DNA of 64,000 nt from Candidatus Hermodarchaeota archaeon. Its GTDB lineage: Archaea; Asgardarchaeota; Lokiarchaeia; Sigyniarchaeales; SOKP01. Shown piece by piece: positions 40,907 to 50,854 of this stretch. The DNA lies in the NCBI GenBank assembly GCA_048885525.1, contig JBHLLP010000004.1, positions 32,001-96,000 of the forward strand, in the 5' to 3' direction. The position numbers were made by a program, and so were the translations under genes. Numbering within the stretch: position 1 is the stretch's first letter; every line of letters begins with the position of its first letter. The notes beneath the pieces were generated by a model. It was not told where the DNA came from, did not search any database, and saw nothing but the letters and a program-made list of their open reading frames with translations.

Positions 40907-42193
40907 ATGTTCAAAAAAATTAAACTAGCATATAAAGAATATCCTAATTCATTTAAAGTGCTTACTCTTGCTACTTTCATTGATAGGTTAGGATCTTTTC
41001 TATTATTCCCTTTTTTTGCTCTATATATAACAGAGCATTTTGGAGTGGGGATGATCCAAGTGGGTTTCCTATTTTCGATCTTTTCAGCCGGGGATATATT
41101 CGGTGGTATGATAGGAGGAGCATTAGCTGATAAATATGGTCGTCGTATGTTGATTCTTTTTGGTCTAATTGTAAGTGGGATAGGAAGTATCTTAATGGGA
41201 TTAGTTAATGATTTGCATATATTTTTTATTCTTGCGTTATTTTTAGGTTTGATAGGCAATTTTGGAGGTCCAGCACGACAGGCAATGGTAGCGGATATTC
41301 TTCCAAAAGATAAACAAGCAGAAGGATTTGGAATTTTACGAGTGGCACTTAATCTTTCAGCTGTGATTGGTCCAATCCTAGGTGGAATTTTGGCCGCTCG
41401 ATCTTATATGTTGTTATTTGTTGCGGATGCTGTGAGTAGTATAATTACGGCGATTATTGTATTTGGTGTAATTCCAGAAACAAAACCTCAAAAGCAGGAT
41501 GAAAAACCAGAAGAATCTGTAATACAAACCATTATAGGATATAAAGAAGTGTTAAAAGATTGGGTATATATGGTATTTCTTGGGGTTTCAGCCTTAACGG
41601 TATTAGTGTATATACAAATGAATAGCACACTTTCAGTATTCTTACGAGACGTTCATGGGTTCCCGGTGCAGAGTTTTGGTTTATTGTTAGCTATGAATGC
41701 GACTATGGTGGTGCTATTTCAATTATGGATAACAAAAAAGATTTCAAAATATGCTCCCATGAAGATGATGACCCTTGGAACTCTGTTTTATTTAATTGGT
41801 TTTGGTATGTATGGGTTTATTTCTGAGGTATATCTATTTTTCATCGCTATGGTAATTATCACAGTAGGGGAGATGATTGTGATACCAGTTTCCCAAGCTG
41901 CTGCAGCATTTTTTGCTCCTGAAGATAAACGAGGTAGGTATATGGCAATGTTTGGTTTCCATTGGGCAATCCCAAATTTGTTTGCAGTTTTAATTGCTGG
42001 AGTAATTATGGAAAATATTGGACCATATTGGGTGTGGTATTTTGCTGGGATTCTGTCTTTTACGGCAATGATAGGGTTTTGGTCACTTCATGGTGTTACC
42101 AAACATCGCTTTCTAAAAGAAATAAAACCTATGGAAGATAAAGAAGAATTTATTACTCGATCTCAAACACAATCTTCAGATATTCATATTTAG
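40907..42193 (+). CDS. MFS transporter, paralog 2
   Basis: Motif A; high similarity to 39337..40605. Confidence 0.93.
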   Translation: MFKKIKLAYKEYPNSFKVLTLATFIDRLGSFLLFPFFALYITEHFGVGMIQVGFLFSIFSAGDIFGGMIGGALADKYGRRMLILFGLIVSGIGSILMGLVNDLHIFFILALFLGLIGNFGGPARQAMVADILPKDKQAEGFGILRVALNLSAVIGPILGGILAARSYMLLFVADAVSSIITAIIVFGVIPETKPQKQDEKPEESVIQTIIGYKEVLKDWVYMVFLGVSALTVLVYIQMNSTLSVFLRDVHGFPVQSFGLLLAMNATMVVLFQLWITKKISKYAPMKMMTLGTLFYLIGFGMYGFISEVYLFFIAMVIITVGEMIVIPVSQAAAAFFAPEDKRGRYMAMFGFHWAIPNLFAVLIAGVIMENIGPYWVWYFAGILSFTAMIGFWSLHGVTKHRFLKEIKPMEDKEEFITRSQTQSSDIHI

Positions 42194-43301
42194 AATTAAG
42201 CAATTTCAAAACTTTCCCCGAAAAATTCCTTAGATTATTAGCATGAGTCTTCTTTTCTTCTATCTGTTCAATTAAAAAGTCATCTATCATATTTCTAGTA
42301 TTATCAGGTCCGTTTTGTTCTAAATATTTCATCCAATGAATAGACATTCTACAGATTTTTCTTATATTTTCATTTGTATACTCATTTTTATCGAAGACTT
42401 TATCATGATATTTATTAATTGCATTACTTACCCTTTCCAAATAATCTGCCGTTCCCAATGAGTATCTGCATAAACTAATTAAATTTGAAGTAACTCTAGA
42501 ATTTCTAGTGTTAGTTGCTGCTTCAAAGGAAACCCAAACTTCATTCCATTCTTCCCTACTTATACCAACTAAACCATCATTGTGTAAAACAACATTCATA
42601 ATATCACTAAGATCGACATCATGACCTCTTTTTAACTTTTTATTAAAGATTTCTTTAAGCTTAGTTCCTTCAAGATAACTCCCAGCACCAAAATCAAGTA
42701 ATTGATTCAAATTATTTGCAGCACAGAGTGCTTCATATCTTACTTCTCCGGTATCAGGATTAGTCCATTCAACTTGTTTCTCAAACTCCCCAGTTTCTTT
42801 ATTTTTAATCCAACCCATTTTTCTTAATACATGGTCTAATAAATGGACTTTAAAAACCCAAAAATCAATATCATCTGTAAATCTTTTCCTTCTCCAATCT
42901 CTTGATGTATATTTCCCTAAATATAGTTTCAGAGTTCCACGAATCAAGTTGAATTTTCCCTCTTTTAACGTTTCACATGCATCCCTATAATAAACGTTAT
43001 CTGGGTCATTAGAAATTTCAACTATTTTATTGATTATTTTTCTTGCTTCCCCAGCAACAATATCACATGGAATCCTGCCATCAGATGGATATTCTCTTGA
43101 TCCTCCATCTAAAAATTTTTTAAACAATTCCAAATCATTATCAGGTATATTATACCATGGATTTTTAAACATTTTTTTACTGAAAATATAATGGGTAAAA
43201 CCATTTTCATCCACTTTTGTTTTATCATGTAAAGGAGAGACATCTCTTAATTTATCTCCTTTTTTAACAGCATCAGTTTTAATATCCCAAATCATACTCA
43301 T
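42153..43301 (-). CDS. hypothetical protein, putative nucleotidyltransferase fold
   Basis: RGTLKLYLG...RFTDDIDFWV and KLKRGHDVDLSDI resemble AbiEii/DUF1814-type motifs. Confidence 0.55.
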   Translation of the reverse strand: MSMIWDIKTDAVKKGDKLRDVSPLHDKTKVDENGFTHYIFSKKMFKNPWYNIPDNDLELFKKFLDGGSREYPSDGRIPCDIVAGEARKIINKIVEISNDPDNVYYRDACETLKEGKFNLIRGTLKLYLGKYTSRDWRRKRFTDDIDFWVFKVHLLDHVLRKMGWIKNKETGEFEKQVEWTNPDTGEVRYEALCAANNLNQLLDFGAGSYLEGTKLKEIFNKKLKRGHDVDLSDIMNVVLHNDGLVGISREEWNEVWVSFEAATNTRNSRVTSNLISLCRYSLGTADYLERVSNAINKYHDKVFDKNEYTNENIRKICRMSIHWMKYLEQNGPDNTRNMIDDFLIEQIEEKKTHANNLRNFSGKVLKLLNSKYEYLKIVFEIE

Positions 43302-43389
43302 ACAGAAAATGATATTGAATGCAAATTTTAAATATTTTCAATTATATAAAATAAGAGATTTTTTTATTAATTAACTCTATAGATATTAT

Positions 43390-44070
43390 ATGCGTTTAGA
43401 GTATTATAATATATTTACATTAACGCCCTGGGACAATCTTGAAACCAATAAATTAACCCAAATACGAGTTTTATCCTTAAAAAGTGTTTTTAAAAGATTT
43501 CCCGTGATAGAACCCGTCTTTTTTGAAGATCTTAGTTCAAAAGTGAATACTAATTATCAATACTCGTGGATTGAAAGTATAAAAAGAGTAACCGGACCAA
43601 AAAATGAAGATTATGATACGACACATTTTAACTTTTTATGGGCATTTGATGTTCAAAATCGAATGTTTCAATTTTTATTTCAAAAAGAAGATACTCAAGG
43701 AATTTTAGCTGGTCTTGCTCCACCAGAATTAGCTAAATTATTTACTAAGTATGGGAAAGAAGCGATATTACGCACACTCTCTTTATTAAATGATCCTTCG
43801 AAAATAAAATTTTTAATGATTCTTGCCGCTAAAGGAAAGTCTATTGCTCAAGAGAGACAATTATTCCAATTGAATAAAAAGCAATATAACAAAATAAAAT
43901 TTATCGATACACTAAAAAGCCAACCAAATATTTCAGGAATTTGGTATCCCTCATATGAACCAAGATGTCCAATTTGTAATGAATTATTAATGGATTTATC
44001 TGGGTTAGACTTTAGGGTTGCATTACGGCAATTAATTTGTCCTCGTTGTGGATATAAAAAGAATGCATAA
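43390..44070 (+). CDS. hypothetical protein with C-terminal zinc finger
   Basis: CPIC...CPRCGY. Confidence 0.65.
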   Translation: MRLEYYNIFTLTPWDNLETNKLTQIRVLSLKSVFKRFPVIEPVFFEDLSSKVNTNYQYSWIESIKRVTGPKNEDYDTTHFNFLWAFDVQNRMFQFLFQKEDTQGILAGLAPPELAKLFTKYGKEAILRTLSLLNDPSKIKFLMILAAKGKSIAQERQLFQLNKKQYNKIKFIDTLKSQPNISGIWYPSYEPRCPICNELLMDLSGLDFRVALRQLICPRCGYKKNA

Positions 44071-44155
44071 TCTTAAAATCTCAACAATGAACTTTATAAA
44101 GATTTATAACATTAAATTTAATAATAAAAATCAATAATTAAGATTTTAAAAAGAT

Positions 44156-45679
44156 ATGTTTGTTGCAGCTTTAGATTTAGGAACAACAGGTTGTAGAACT
44201 TTCATTTTTGATTTATCTGGGTCCATAATTGCAAGTGATTATCAAGAATGGCAGAGTTATTATCCTTCACCCTCATTTGTTGAACAAGATGCTAATATTT
44301 GGTGGGATTCAATTAAAACAACGATAGAACGAGCAATTAAAAAAAGTGGAATTGATAAAACTGAGATTGTAAGCCTTTCAGTTACTAATCAAAGAGAAAC
44401 GATAGTACCAGTAGATAAAGATGGAAATCCTCTGCATAATGCCTTAGTCTGGCAAGATAGAAGGACAATAAATCAAGTAGAATTCATTAAATCAAAAATT
44501 GGTTTAAGTAAAATTTATGAAACTACGGGACTAACTATAGATCCATATTTTTCTGCGACAAAAATTCTTTGGTTTAAAGATGAAAAACCAGAGATTTATC
44601 AAAAAACTCATAAATTTTTACTTGTATCTGATTTCATTATTCAAAAGTTAACAGGTAAGTTCTGTACAGATTATTCAAATGCCTCACGAACAATGCTATT
44701 TGATATCAATGAATTAAAATATTCTGAAGAAATTGCATCTGAAATGGAGATAGATTTAGATAAAATGCCAGAAACCCTTGAAAGCGGAGTTGATATTGGA
44801 GAAATTGTTACCCACGAAACTTTATTTGACAAGAAAACCTTAGTAGTAACTGGCGCAGGGGATCAACAATCAGCCGCTTTAGGCGTTGGAGTAGTATCCC
44901 CTGGTGAAATTAAATGCACAACAGGAACAGGAAGTTTTATTTTAGCCTATTTATCACAACCAAAATTCGATCCTGAAAAGCGTGTTTTATGTAGTTGTCA
45001 TGCTGTTCCAGGTAGTTGGGTTCAAGAAGCTAGTATATTTACAACTGGAGCAGTGCTCAGATGGTTTCGTGATCAAATAGGACATGCTGAATGCGCAGCA
45101 GCTCAAGAAGGCCAAGATCCTTATGATTTAATTACTGCAGAAGCGGAAAAATCTTCCATTGGAGCAAATGGGTTAATTATAATTCCTCATTTTGTTGGTT
45201 CCGGAGCCCCACATTGGAACCCCTTTGCCAGAGGTCTTATTTTTGGCTTAGCTTTGGGTCATGAACGTAAAGATCTCTATAGAGCAGTACTTGAGAGTGT
45301 AGCTTATGAATTAAGAAAAAATGTTGAAGTTTTTAAGGAATTAGGAATAGAACCAAAAGAATTAATGTTAACTGGTGGAGGTTCTCGTTCTGATTTTTGG
45401 AATCAGATTTATGCTGATGTACTAGGAATCACATGTGTTAGGAATGTTATAGAAGAATCAACTTCGTTAGGAGCTGCCATTTTAGCTGCATCAGGAGCGG
45501 GAATTTTTCCTGACATTGCAAAAGCAGCTGAAAATTTATGTAAAATAGATAAAAAATGGATTCCTAATAATGATCGGCATAAACTCTATGAGAAATATTA
45601 TATTTTCTCATATGAAATGTATGAAAATATACTGAGCAAAAATCTCTATAAAAAATTCAATAATATTCTTTTAAAATAA
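44156..45679 (+). CDS. FGGY carbohydrate kinase (xylulokinase/glycerol kinase-like)
   Basis: DLGTTGCR, TNQRET, WQDRR, GAGDQQ, TGTGSF. Confidence 0.92.
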   Translation: MFVAALDLGTTGCRTFIFDLSGSIIASDYQEWQSYYPSPSFVEQDANIWWDSIKTTIERAIKKSGIDKTEIVSLSVTNQRETIVPVDKDGNPLHNALVWQDRRTINQVEFIKSKIGLSKIYETTGLTIDPYFSATKILWFKDEKPEIYQKTHKFLLVSDFIIQKLTGKFCTDYSNASRTMLFDINELKYSEEIASEMEIDLDKMPETLESGVDIGEIVTHETLFDKKTLVVTGAGDQQSAALGVGVVSPGEIKCTTGTGSFILAYLSQPKFDPEKRVLCSCHAVPGSWVQEASIFTTGAVLRWFRDQIGHAECAAAQEGQDPYDLITAEAEKSSIGANGLIIIPHFVGSGAPHWNPFARGLIFGLALGHERKDLYRAVLESVAYELRKNVEVFKELGIEPKELMLTGGGSRSDFWNQIYADVLGITCVRNVIEESTSLGAAILAASGAGIFPDIAKAAENLCKIDKKWIPNNDRHKLYEKYYIFSYEMYENILSKNLYKKFNNILLK

Positions 45680-45687
45680 AGATTCTG

Positions 45688-45707
45688 AAGGATGACAAGA
45701 CATCCTT
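45688..45707 (+). terminator. short hairpin just after the FGGY kinase stop
   Basis: AAGGATG-N6-CATCCTT. Confidence 0.3.
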
Positions 45708-45828
45708 ATAATAATCAATTTTATATATTTTAAATGTTATTTTTTCTATAATCAAAACTTCTTGGTATTATATGGATTAAAAGTTCTTTTATAATACAGA
45801 AATAATTAGAGAAGAAAAAGTATATTGT

Positions 45829-46446
45829 GTGAAAAAAATGGAATATAATTCTTCAAGTATAGTCAAAGAATTTACTAAGAATCAAAAAACAGTAGCTTTA
45901 ATATTTTACATATTAATAGTAGGCGCTAGTGTAGTAACTATAGGAGGAGTCGTATGGACATTTGCAGATATATTTATCGGAACAACTGGAAAATGGGAAT
46001 TATTCTTAGATCTTAATTTGGGATATCAAGTAGCAATTATTGGAGGACTTTTAGCAGGTTTGTTTTTCCTTTTGATTTTCTTTTTTGGGTTATTTAAGAA
46101 GACTTCAAAATCATTGATAAACTTTATTTATAGAAAGAGGGAACTGGAGCAAAAATATAAAGATCGTATAGACGTAAAAATTGCCGCCGGAGGATTAATA
46201 ATCAGTTTAATAGCAATTATTATTGGAGTTATTTTTGCGGTTATTTTAGATATATTTAGCGTTTCAGCAGGAGAATCTTCCTATCTTTTGGATTTATTAG
46301 GAAGTACAGGACCTTGGGTTTTATTCATCGGAATTGGGCTCTTTGCAATTGTAGGAGTTTCACTCTTTATGATTTATTTTTGGAAGAATGGACATTACTT
46401 AATTCTAAGACTCATTGGAGCGATAGAGAAAGAGCAGAAAAAATGA
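45829..46446 (+). CDS. four-TM membrane protein with internal duplication
   Basis: Two similar TM hairpins each ending F/W-K-K/N. Confidence 0.65.
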   Translation: MKKMEYNSSSIVKEFTKNQKTVALIFYILIVGASVVTIGGVVWTFADIFIGTTGKWELFLDLNLGYQVAIIGGLLAGLFFLLIFFFGLFKKTSKSLINFIYRKRELEQKYKDRIDVKIAAGGLIISLIAIIIGVIFAVILDIFSVSAGESSYLLDLLGSTGPWVLFIGIGLFAIVGVSLFMIYFWKNGHYLILRLIGAIEKEQKK

Positions 46447-46567
46447 AACCCTTGAGACCCTTGATTAAATCAGAAATTTAATGCTCTTATATTTTTTTTA
46501 TTTAAATATATTCTCTAATAAATTCAAACCATTATTTTAATCTCTTTTATTTAGTATTCTTAATAAT

Positions 46568-48094
46568 ATGGCAATTAAAGTTGGAACTGTATTTAATTAC
46601 TTACAATTACCGAATGTTTCTAAATTCCCTTTTGTAATACATAAAAGACAAGATGGCACTTATATCCAAAAAGGGTTGTTTGTTTATACAAAATCTAATG
46701 AAGGATTTCTGATTGGTGTCATTGAAGAAATTATCTTACTAAATGAATATTTCAATGACGCTTTAACAATTAAGGCATACAATAACAATAATAATCCTAA
46801 CATTATTAAAGGGCTTTTTCCAAGTAAAGATTTTGAATTTGCTATTGCGATTGTAAACTGTTTAGGATTAATTAAATTCAAGGATAAAGATGTAAAACAA
46901 ATCGAGAGAGTACAACGAATGAATTACCCTGCTAGTCCTGGAGAGGGAGTTTATATTATTGAAGAAGAAATTCTTCATAAATTTCTTGGATTTGATGCTG
47001 AATTCGGTTTAAATTTAGGTTATGTGAAAGTAACAGGTTCAAATGCCGAGATCAACATGAATAGATTGTTAAATAAGCATTTTGCTATTCTTTCTATTTC
47101 AGGAGGTGGAAAAAGTTATCTTACGTCTATTCTTATTGAAGAACTATTATCAAGAAAAGAGGATTTTGGTACTCCGGCGATTATATTATTTGATGTTCAT
47201 GGTGAATATATTTATTTAAAAGATATCCCTGAATTAAAAGACAAAGTGAAGATCCAAGATATTTCTTATTTTCAAATTGGGATACCTAATTTATCAGCTT
47301 ATTCCTTTAAGAAATACCAAGAACAAATTTCATATGTTCAAATAAGAGAACTCTCAAAATATATAAAAAAGTTAAATAGGGATAAAAACAAAAAAAATAA
47401 ATACACAATAAACGACATAATTACACTGATTGAAAATGAATCTGATGGAATTAGGAGTACAAGAAAAGCGTTAATTGGCTGGTTATCAGAATTAGAACGA
47501 TTAACTCTATTCGGACCTCAAGAAAATCCATTATTAAATAAAGTTGTTAATAAACAGCAAATTACTATTTTTAATTTTCAAAAAGAAATAAGTATTAGAA
47601 AAAAGCAAATTATCGTCGATTATATTTGTTATAGACTCTTTAATCTCCGAAGAATGAATAAAATTCCTCCCTATCTATTAATTGTTGAAGAAGCTCATCA
47701 ATTTTGTCCTGAAGCTGCCCATGCAGAGGCTATTTCAAAACATATTATTGAGACGATTGCTAGAGAGGGAAGAAAATTTATGGCTTGCTTATGTTTAATT
47801 AGTCAAAGACCAAAAAAATTAAGCAGCACTGCTTTATCACAATGTAATTCTAAAATGGTTTTAAATATAAAAAATCCATATGATTTGAAACATCTAATGG
47901 ATAGCTCAGAAGCTATAACAAAAGAATATGCAAATATGATTTCAACTTTAGGAGTGGGAGAAATGTTGTTAATGGGAAATGCAGTAAATTATCCAGTATT
48001 TATTGATATAAGACAGAGAAAGTTTAAATCAAAAAATGAAGAGATATCTTTAGCTCAATTTTGTTTAAATTGGCAAGATAAAGAATTAAATTAG
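46568..48094 (+). CDS. HerA-family ATPase/helicase
   Basis: HAS-barrel-like N-terminus, SISGGGKS, DVHGEY, VEEAH, IAREGRKF, SQRP. Confidence 0.88.
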   Translation: MAIKVGTVFNYLQLPNVSKFPFVIHKRQDGTYIQKGLFVYTKSNEGFLIGVIEEIILLNEYFNDALTIKAYNNNNNPNIIKGLFPSKDFEFAIAIVNCLGLIKFKDKDVKQIERVQRMNYPASPGEGVYIIEEEILHKFLGFDAEFGLNLGYVKVTGSNAEINMNRLLNKHFAILSISGGGKSYLTSILIEELLSRKEDFGTPAIILFDVHGEYIYLKDIPELKDKVKIQDISYFQIGIPNLSAYSFKKYQEQISYVQIRELSKYIKKLNRDKNKKNKYTINDIITLIENESDGIRSTRKALIGWLSELERLTLFGPQENPLLNKVVNKQQITIFNFQKEISIRKKQIIVDYICYRLFNLRRMNKIPPYLLIVEEAHQFCPEAAHAEAISKHIIETIAREGRKFMACLCLISQRPKKLSSTALSQCNSKMVLNIKNPYDLKHLMDSSEAITKEYANMISTLGVGEMLLMGNAVNYPVFIDIRQRKFKSKNEEISLAQFCLNWQDKELN

Positions 48095-48168
48095 ATTAAC
48101 GATTACCATTCTTCTCATATAAGAATATTGTATATTAATGAACTCGTCAAGAACTCTAAATCCTCTTT

Positions 48169-48438
48169 TCAAAGTTGATTGAGTATATCTTCTCTTATAG
48201 TATTACCCTTTTTATTTAAAACAACCATTTTCTTATTTTTTGAGACGCGGAATACATTTATTATGGCCATACTCTCCAACTTTAAAAACAATTCTTCTAA
48301 TATTAATGAATTTATAAAAGGAAATTCCTTTTTTAGCAGTTCCTCAAGTCTCTTATCTAAAATTTCTCCCTTATTTTTAATTAAAATATCAATAATAGAA
48401 TTTATTATTGGTTTCTGATTCCAACGTGCAGCCTCGAT
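48169..48438 (-). CDS. small winged-helix-like protein missed by the ORF track (ATC/ATT start)
   Basis: Open frame (I)EAARWNQKPIINSIIDILIKNKGEILDKRLEELLKKEFP...LFLKLESMAIINVFRVSKNKKMVVL..., 89 aa, co-oriented behind cdc48, GGGTGA SD upstream. Confidence 0.7.
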   Translation of the reverse strand: MEAARWNQKPIINSIIDILIKNKGEILDKRLEELLKKEFPFINSLILEELFLKLESMAIINVFRVSKNKKMVVLNKKGNTIREDILNQL

Positions 48439-48518
48439 AATAATTCACCCATTTTATAAATTAAGAAACAGAGATTTAATATTTAAAATACAAGTTTTTT
48501 TAATTAATTTTATGAATT

Positions 48519-50762
48519 CTATACAAACAATCGATCTTCTTTAGATTCTTCAATTCTTCTACTTTTCAATTTTTCACCAAATTCTTCGTACCATTTTAAT
48601 ACTTCTTTAGTTAATGTTGGATTAACAATGTTCCTGGCTTCTTTAAAATGCTCTAATGATACTTTACGAGCTCTAATATTTTCTCTTAACGCTATCATGG
48701 CAGCTTCCCGACACCAAGTTTCAATATCTGCTCCAGAAAATCCTTCTATCATACTATTCAAATTCTCTAAAGATATGTTATTTGCTAACGGCATTTCTTT
48801 AGTAAATATTTTTAGAATTTCAAACCTCCCTTTTTCATTTGGAGCAGGTACTAATAATATCCGGTCAATCCTCCCTGGTCTTATCAATGCTGGATCTAAA
48901 ATATCAGGACGATTGGTAGCTGCAATAACAACAATATCTTTCATTACTTCTAAACCATCTAATTCTGTTAAAAATTGAGATAAAACTTTTTCTGTTACAC
49001 CAGAATCCGATGTATATCTACCTCTACTAGGTGCAATTGAATCAAATTCATCAAAAAAGATAATACAAGGAGAAGCCATTTTGGCTTTACGGAAGATTTC
49101 TCTTATTGCCTTCTCAGATTCTCCAACCCATTTTGACAATAGCTCTGGACCTTTTATTGATATGAAATTTGCTTTACTTTCAGTTGCTACGGCTCTTGCT
49201 AGCAATGTCTTACCGCAACCAGGTGGACCATAAAGTAGAATTCCTTTCGGAGGTGTAATTCCCATGCGAGCAAATATATTAGGATGTGATAACGGCCATT
49301 CTACAGCTTCAATTAGTTTTTGTTTTAAATCATCTAAACCGCCTACTTGATTCCAAGGGACATTTGGTACTTCGACAAACACTTCCCTAATTCCAGAAGG
49401 TAGTATTTCTTTTAATGCTTCCTCAAAGTCTTCTTTAGTAACTTCTATTTGCTCTAATAATTCGGGATCAATTATTTCTGATTCTAAATCGATTTTTGGT
49501 AGATAACGACGTAATGCAGACATAGCAGCTTCTCTACAAACGGCTGAAATATCTGCTCCTACAAAACCATGAGTTATTTGCGAAAATTCTTTTAAAGAAA
49601 TTGTTTTATCAAGTGGCATGTTTCTAGTGTGGATTTGAAATACTTCTCTCCTCCCTTTTTCATTGGGCACTTTTATTTCAATTTCACGATCAAATCGTCC
49701 TGGACGCCTTAATGCAGGATCTAAACTATTTGGCCTGTTAGTAGCACCAATAACAATGACTTTACCCCTTCCATGCAAACCATCCATTAAAGCTAATAGC
49801 TGGGCAACAACTCTGCGTTCAACCTCTCCAGTTACAGTTTCTCTTTTTGGAGCAATTGCATCAATTTCATCTATAAAAATTATCGATGGGCTTTTTTCTT
49901 CTGCTTCAATGAAGATTTTTCGTAACTTTTTTTCAGATTCTCCATAGAATTTACTCATCACTTCTGGTCCATTTATTGAAATAAAATGTGCTTCACTTTC
50001 ATTAGCTACTGCTCTAGCTAATAGAGTCTTTCCACAACCTGGGGGCCCTCTTAAAAGAACTCCTTTTGGTGGATCAATTCCTAAACGTTTAAATAAGGAC
50101 GGATGTCTTAGAGGTAATTCTACCATTTCTCTAACTCGTTGAATCTCTTTATCTAAGCCACCTACATCTTCATAAGTTATATAATGAAGCCCTCTTTCTG
50201 CTTCTTCAGTAACTTTATCACTAATATTTAGGATAGTCTCTTGTTTGATAATGCAAACCCCCTCAGGACGCATATTAATAACTTTAAATGTGATTTCTCT
50301 ACTAATACCAATGGAGATAAAAATGTAATCTTCAATTGTAATTGGGTAGTTATTCAATTTTCTTTTTACAAAACTCTCAAATCTAGGATTGTTCTTAATT
50401 GGAAAATTAGATGGAGCTAACACAACATTTTGAGCAACTTCAGCTTTAACTTTTCGAATTTCAACCGTATCATCAATTCTTGTTCCAGTATTTTTTTGCA
50501 ATCTGGAATCTACACGTACAATTCCTAATCCATTATCTTGTGGATAGCTTGGCCATGCAATTCCAGCACTCTCTTTCTTACCATTAACAGAAATGACATC
50601 ACCAGTTTGAATTTGTAACTTTTCCATTGTTTTTGGATCAATCCTAATAATATTACGCCCTATGTCTCTTTTTTTAGCTTTTTGAACCCTTAAGGTTACG
50701 TTAGGCATATCTTCTTCTTCTTCTTTCTCCTTTTCATTATTACCTTTCGTTGACATGCTCAA
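48519..50762 (-). CDS. cdc48: Cdc48/p97/VAT AAA+ ATPase
   Basis: N domain plus two AAA modules (GPPGCGKT twice, RPGRFDRE, RPGRIDR). Confidence 0.96.
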   Translation of the reverse strand: MSMSTKGNNEKEKEEEEDMPNVTLRVQKAKKRDIGRNIIRIDPKTMEKLQIQTGDVISVNGKKESAGIAWPSYPQDNGLGIVRVDSRLQKNTGTRIDDTVEIRKVKAEVAQNVVLAPSNFPIKNNPRFESFVKRKLNNYPITIEDYIFISIGISREITFKVINMRPEGVCIIKQETILNISDKVTEEAERGLHYITYEDVGGLDKEIQRVREMVELPLRHPSLFKRLGIDPPKGVLLRGPPGCGKTLLARAVANESEAHFISINGPEVMSKFYGESEKKLRKIFIEAEEKSPSIIFIDEIDAIAPKRETVTGEVERRVVAQLLALMDGLHGRGKVIVIGATNRPNSLDPALRRPGRFDREIEIKVPNEKGRREVFQIHTRNMPLDKTISLKEFSQITHGFVGADISAVCREAAMSALRRYLPKIDLESEIIDPELLEQIEVTKEDFEEALKEILPSGIREVFVEVPNVPWNQVGGLDDLKQKLIEAVEWPLSHPNIFARMGITPPKGILLYGPPGCGKTLLARAVATESKANFISIKGPELLSKWVGESEKAIREIFRKAKMASPCIIFFDEFDSIAPSRGRYTSDSGVTEKVLSQFLTELDGLEVMKDIVVIAATNRPDILDPALIRPGRIDRILLVPAPNEKGRFEILKIFTKEMPLANNISLENLNSMIEGFSGADIETWCREAAMIALRENIRARKVSLEHFKEARNIVNPTLTKEVLKWYEEFGEKLKSRRIEESKEDRLFV

Positions 50763-50854
50763 TCGATTTAAAACTAAATTTATATAGATAATATTAAGAA
50801 ATATTAATCTCGTAAAAATTTTTGCTTTTATTTTTTAAAAGAGGTTTTTTATTT

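Noticed and set aside
48179-48418. Plus-strand 79-aa ORF
   Set aside because: Antisense shadow of the minus-strand wHTH-like gene
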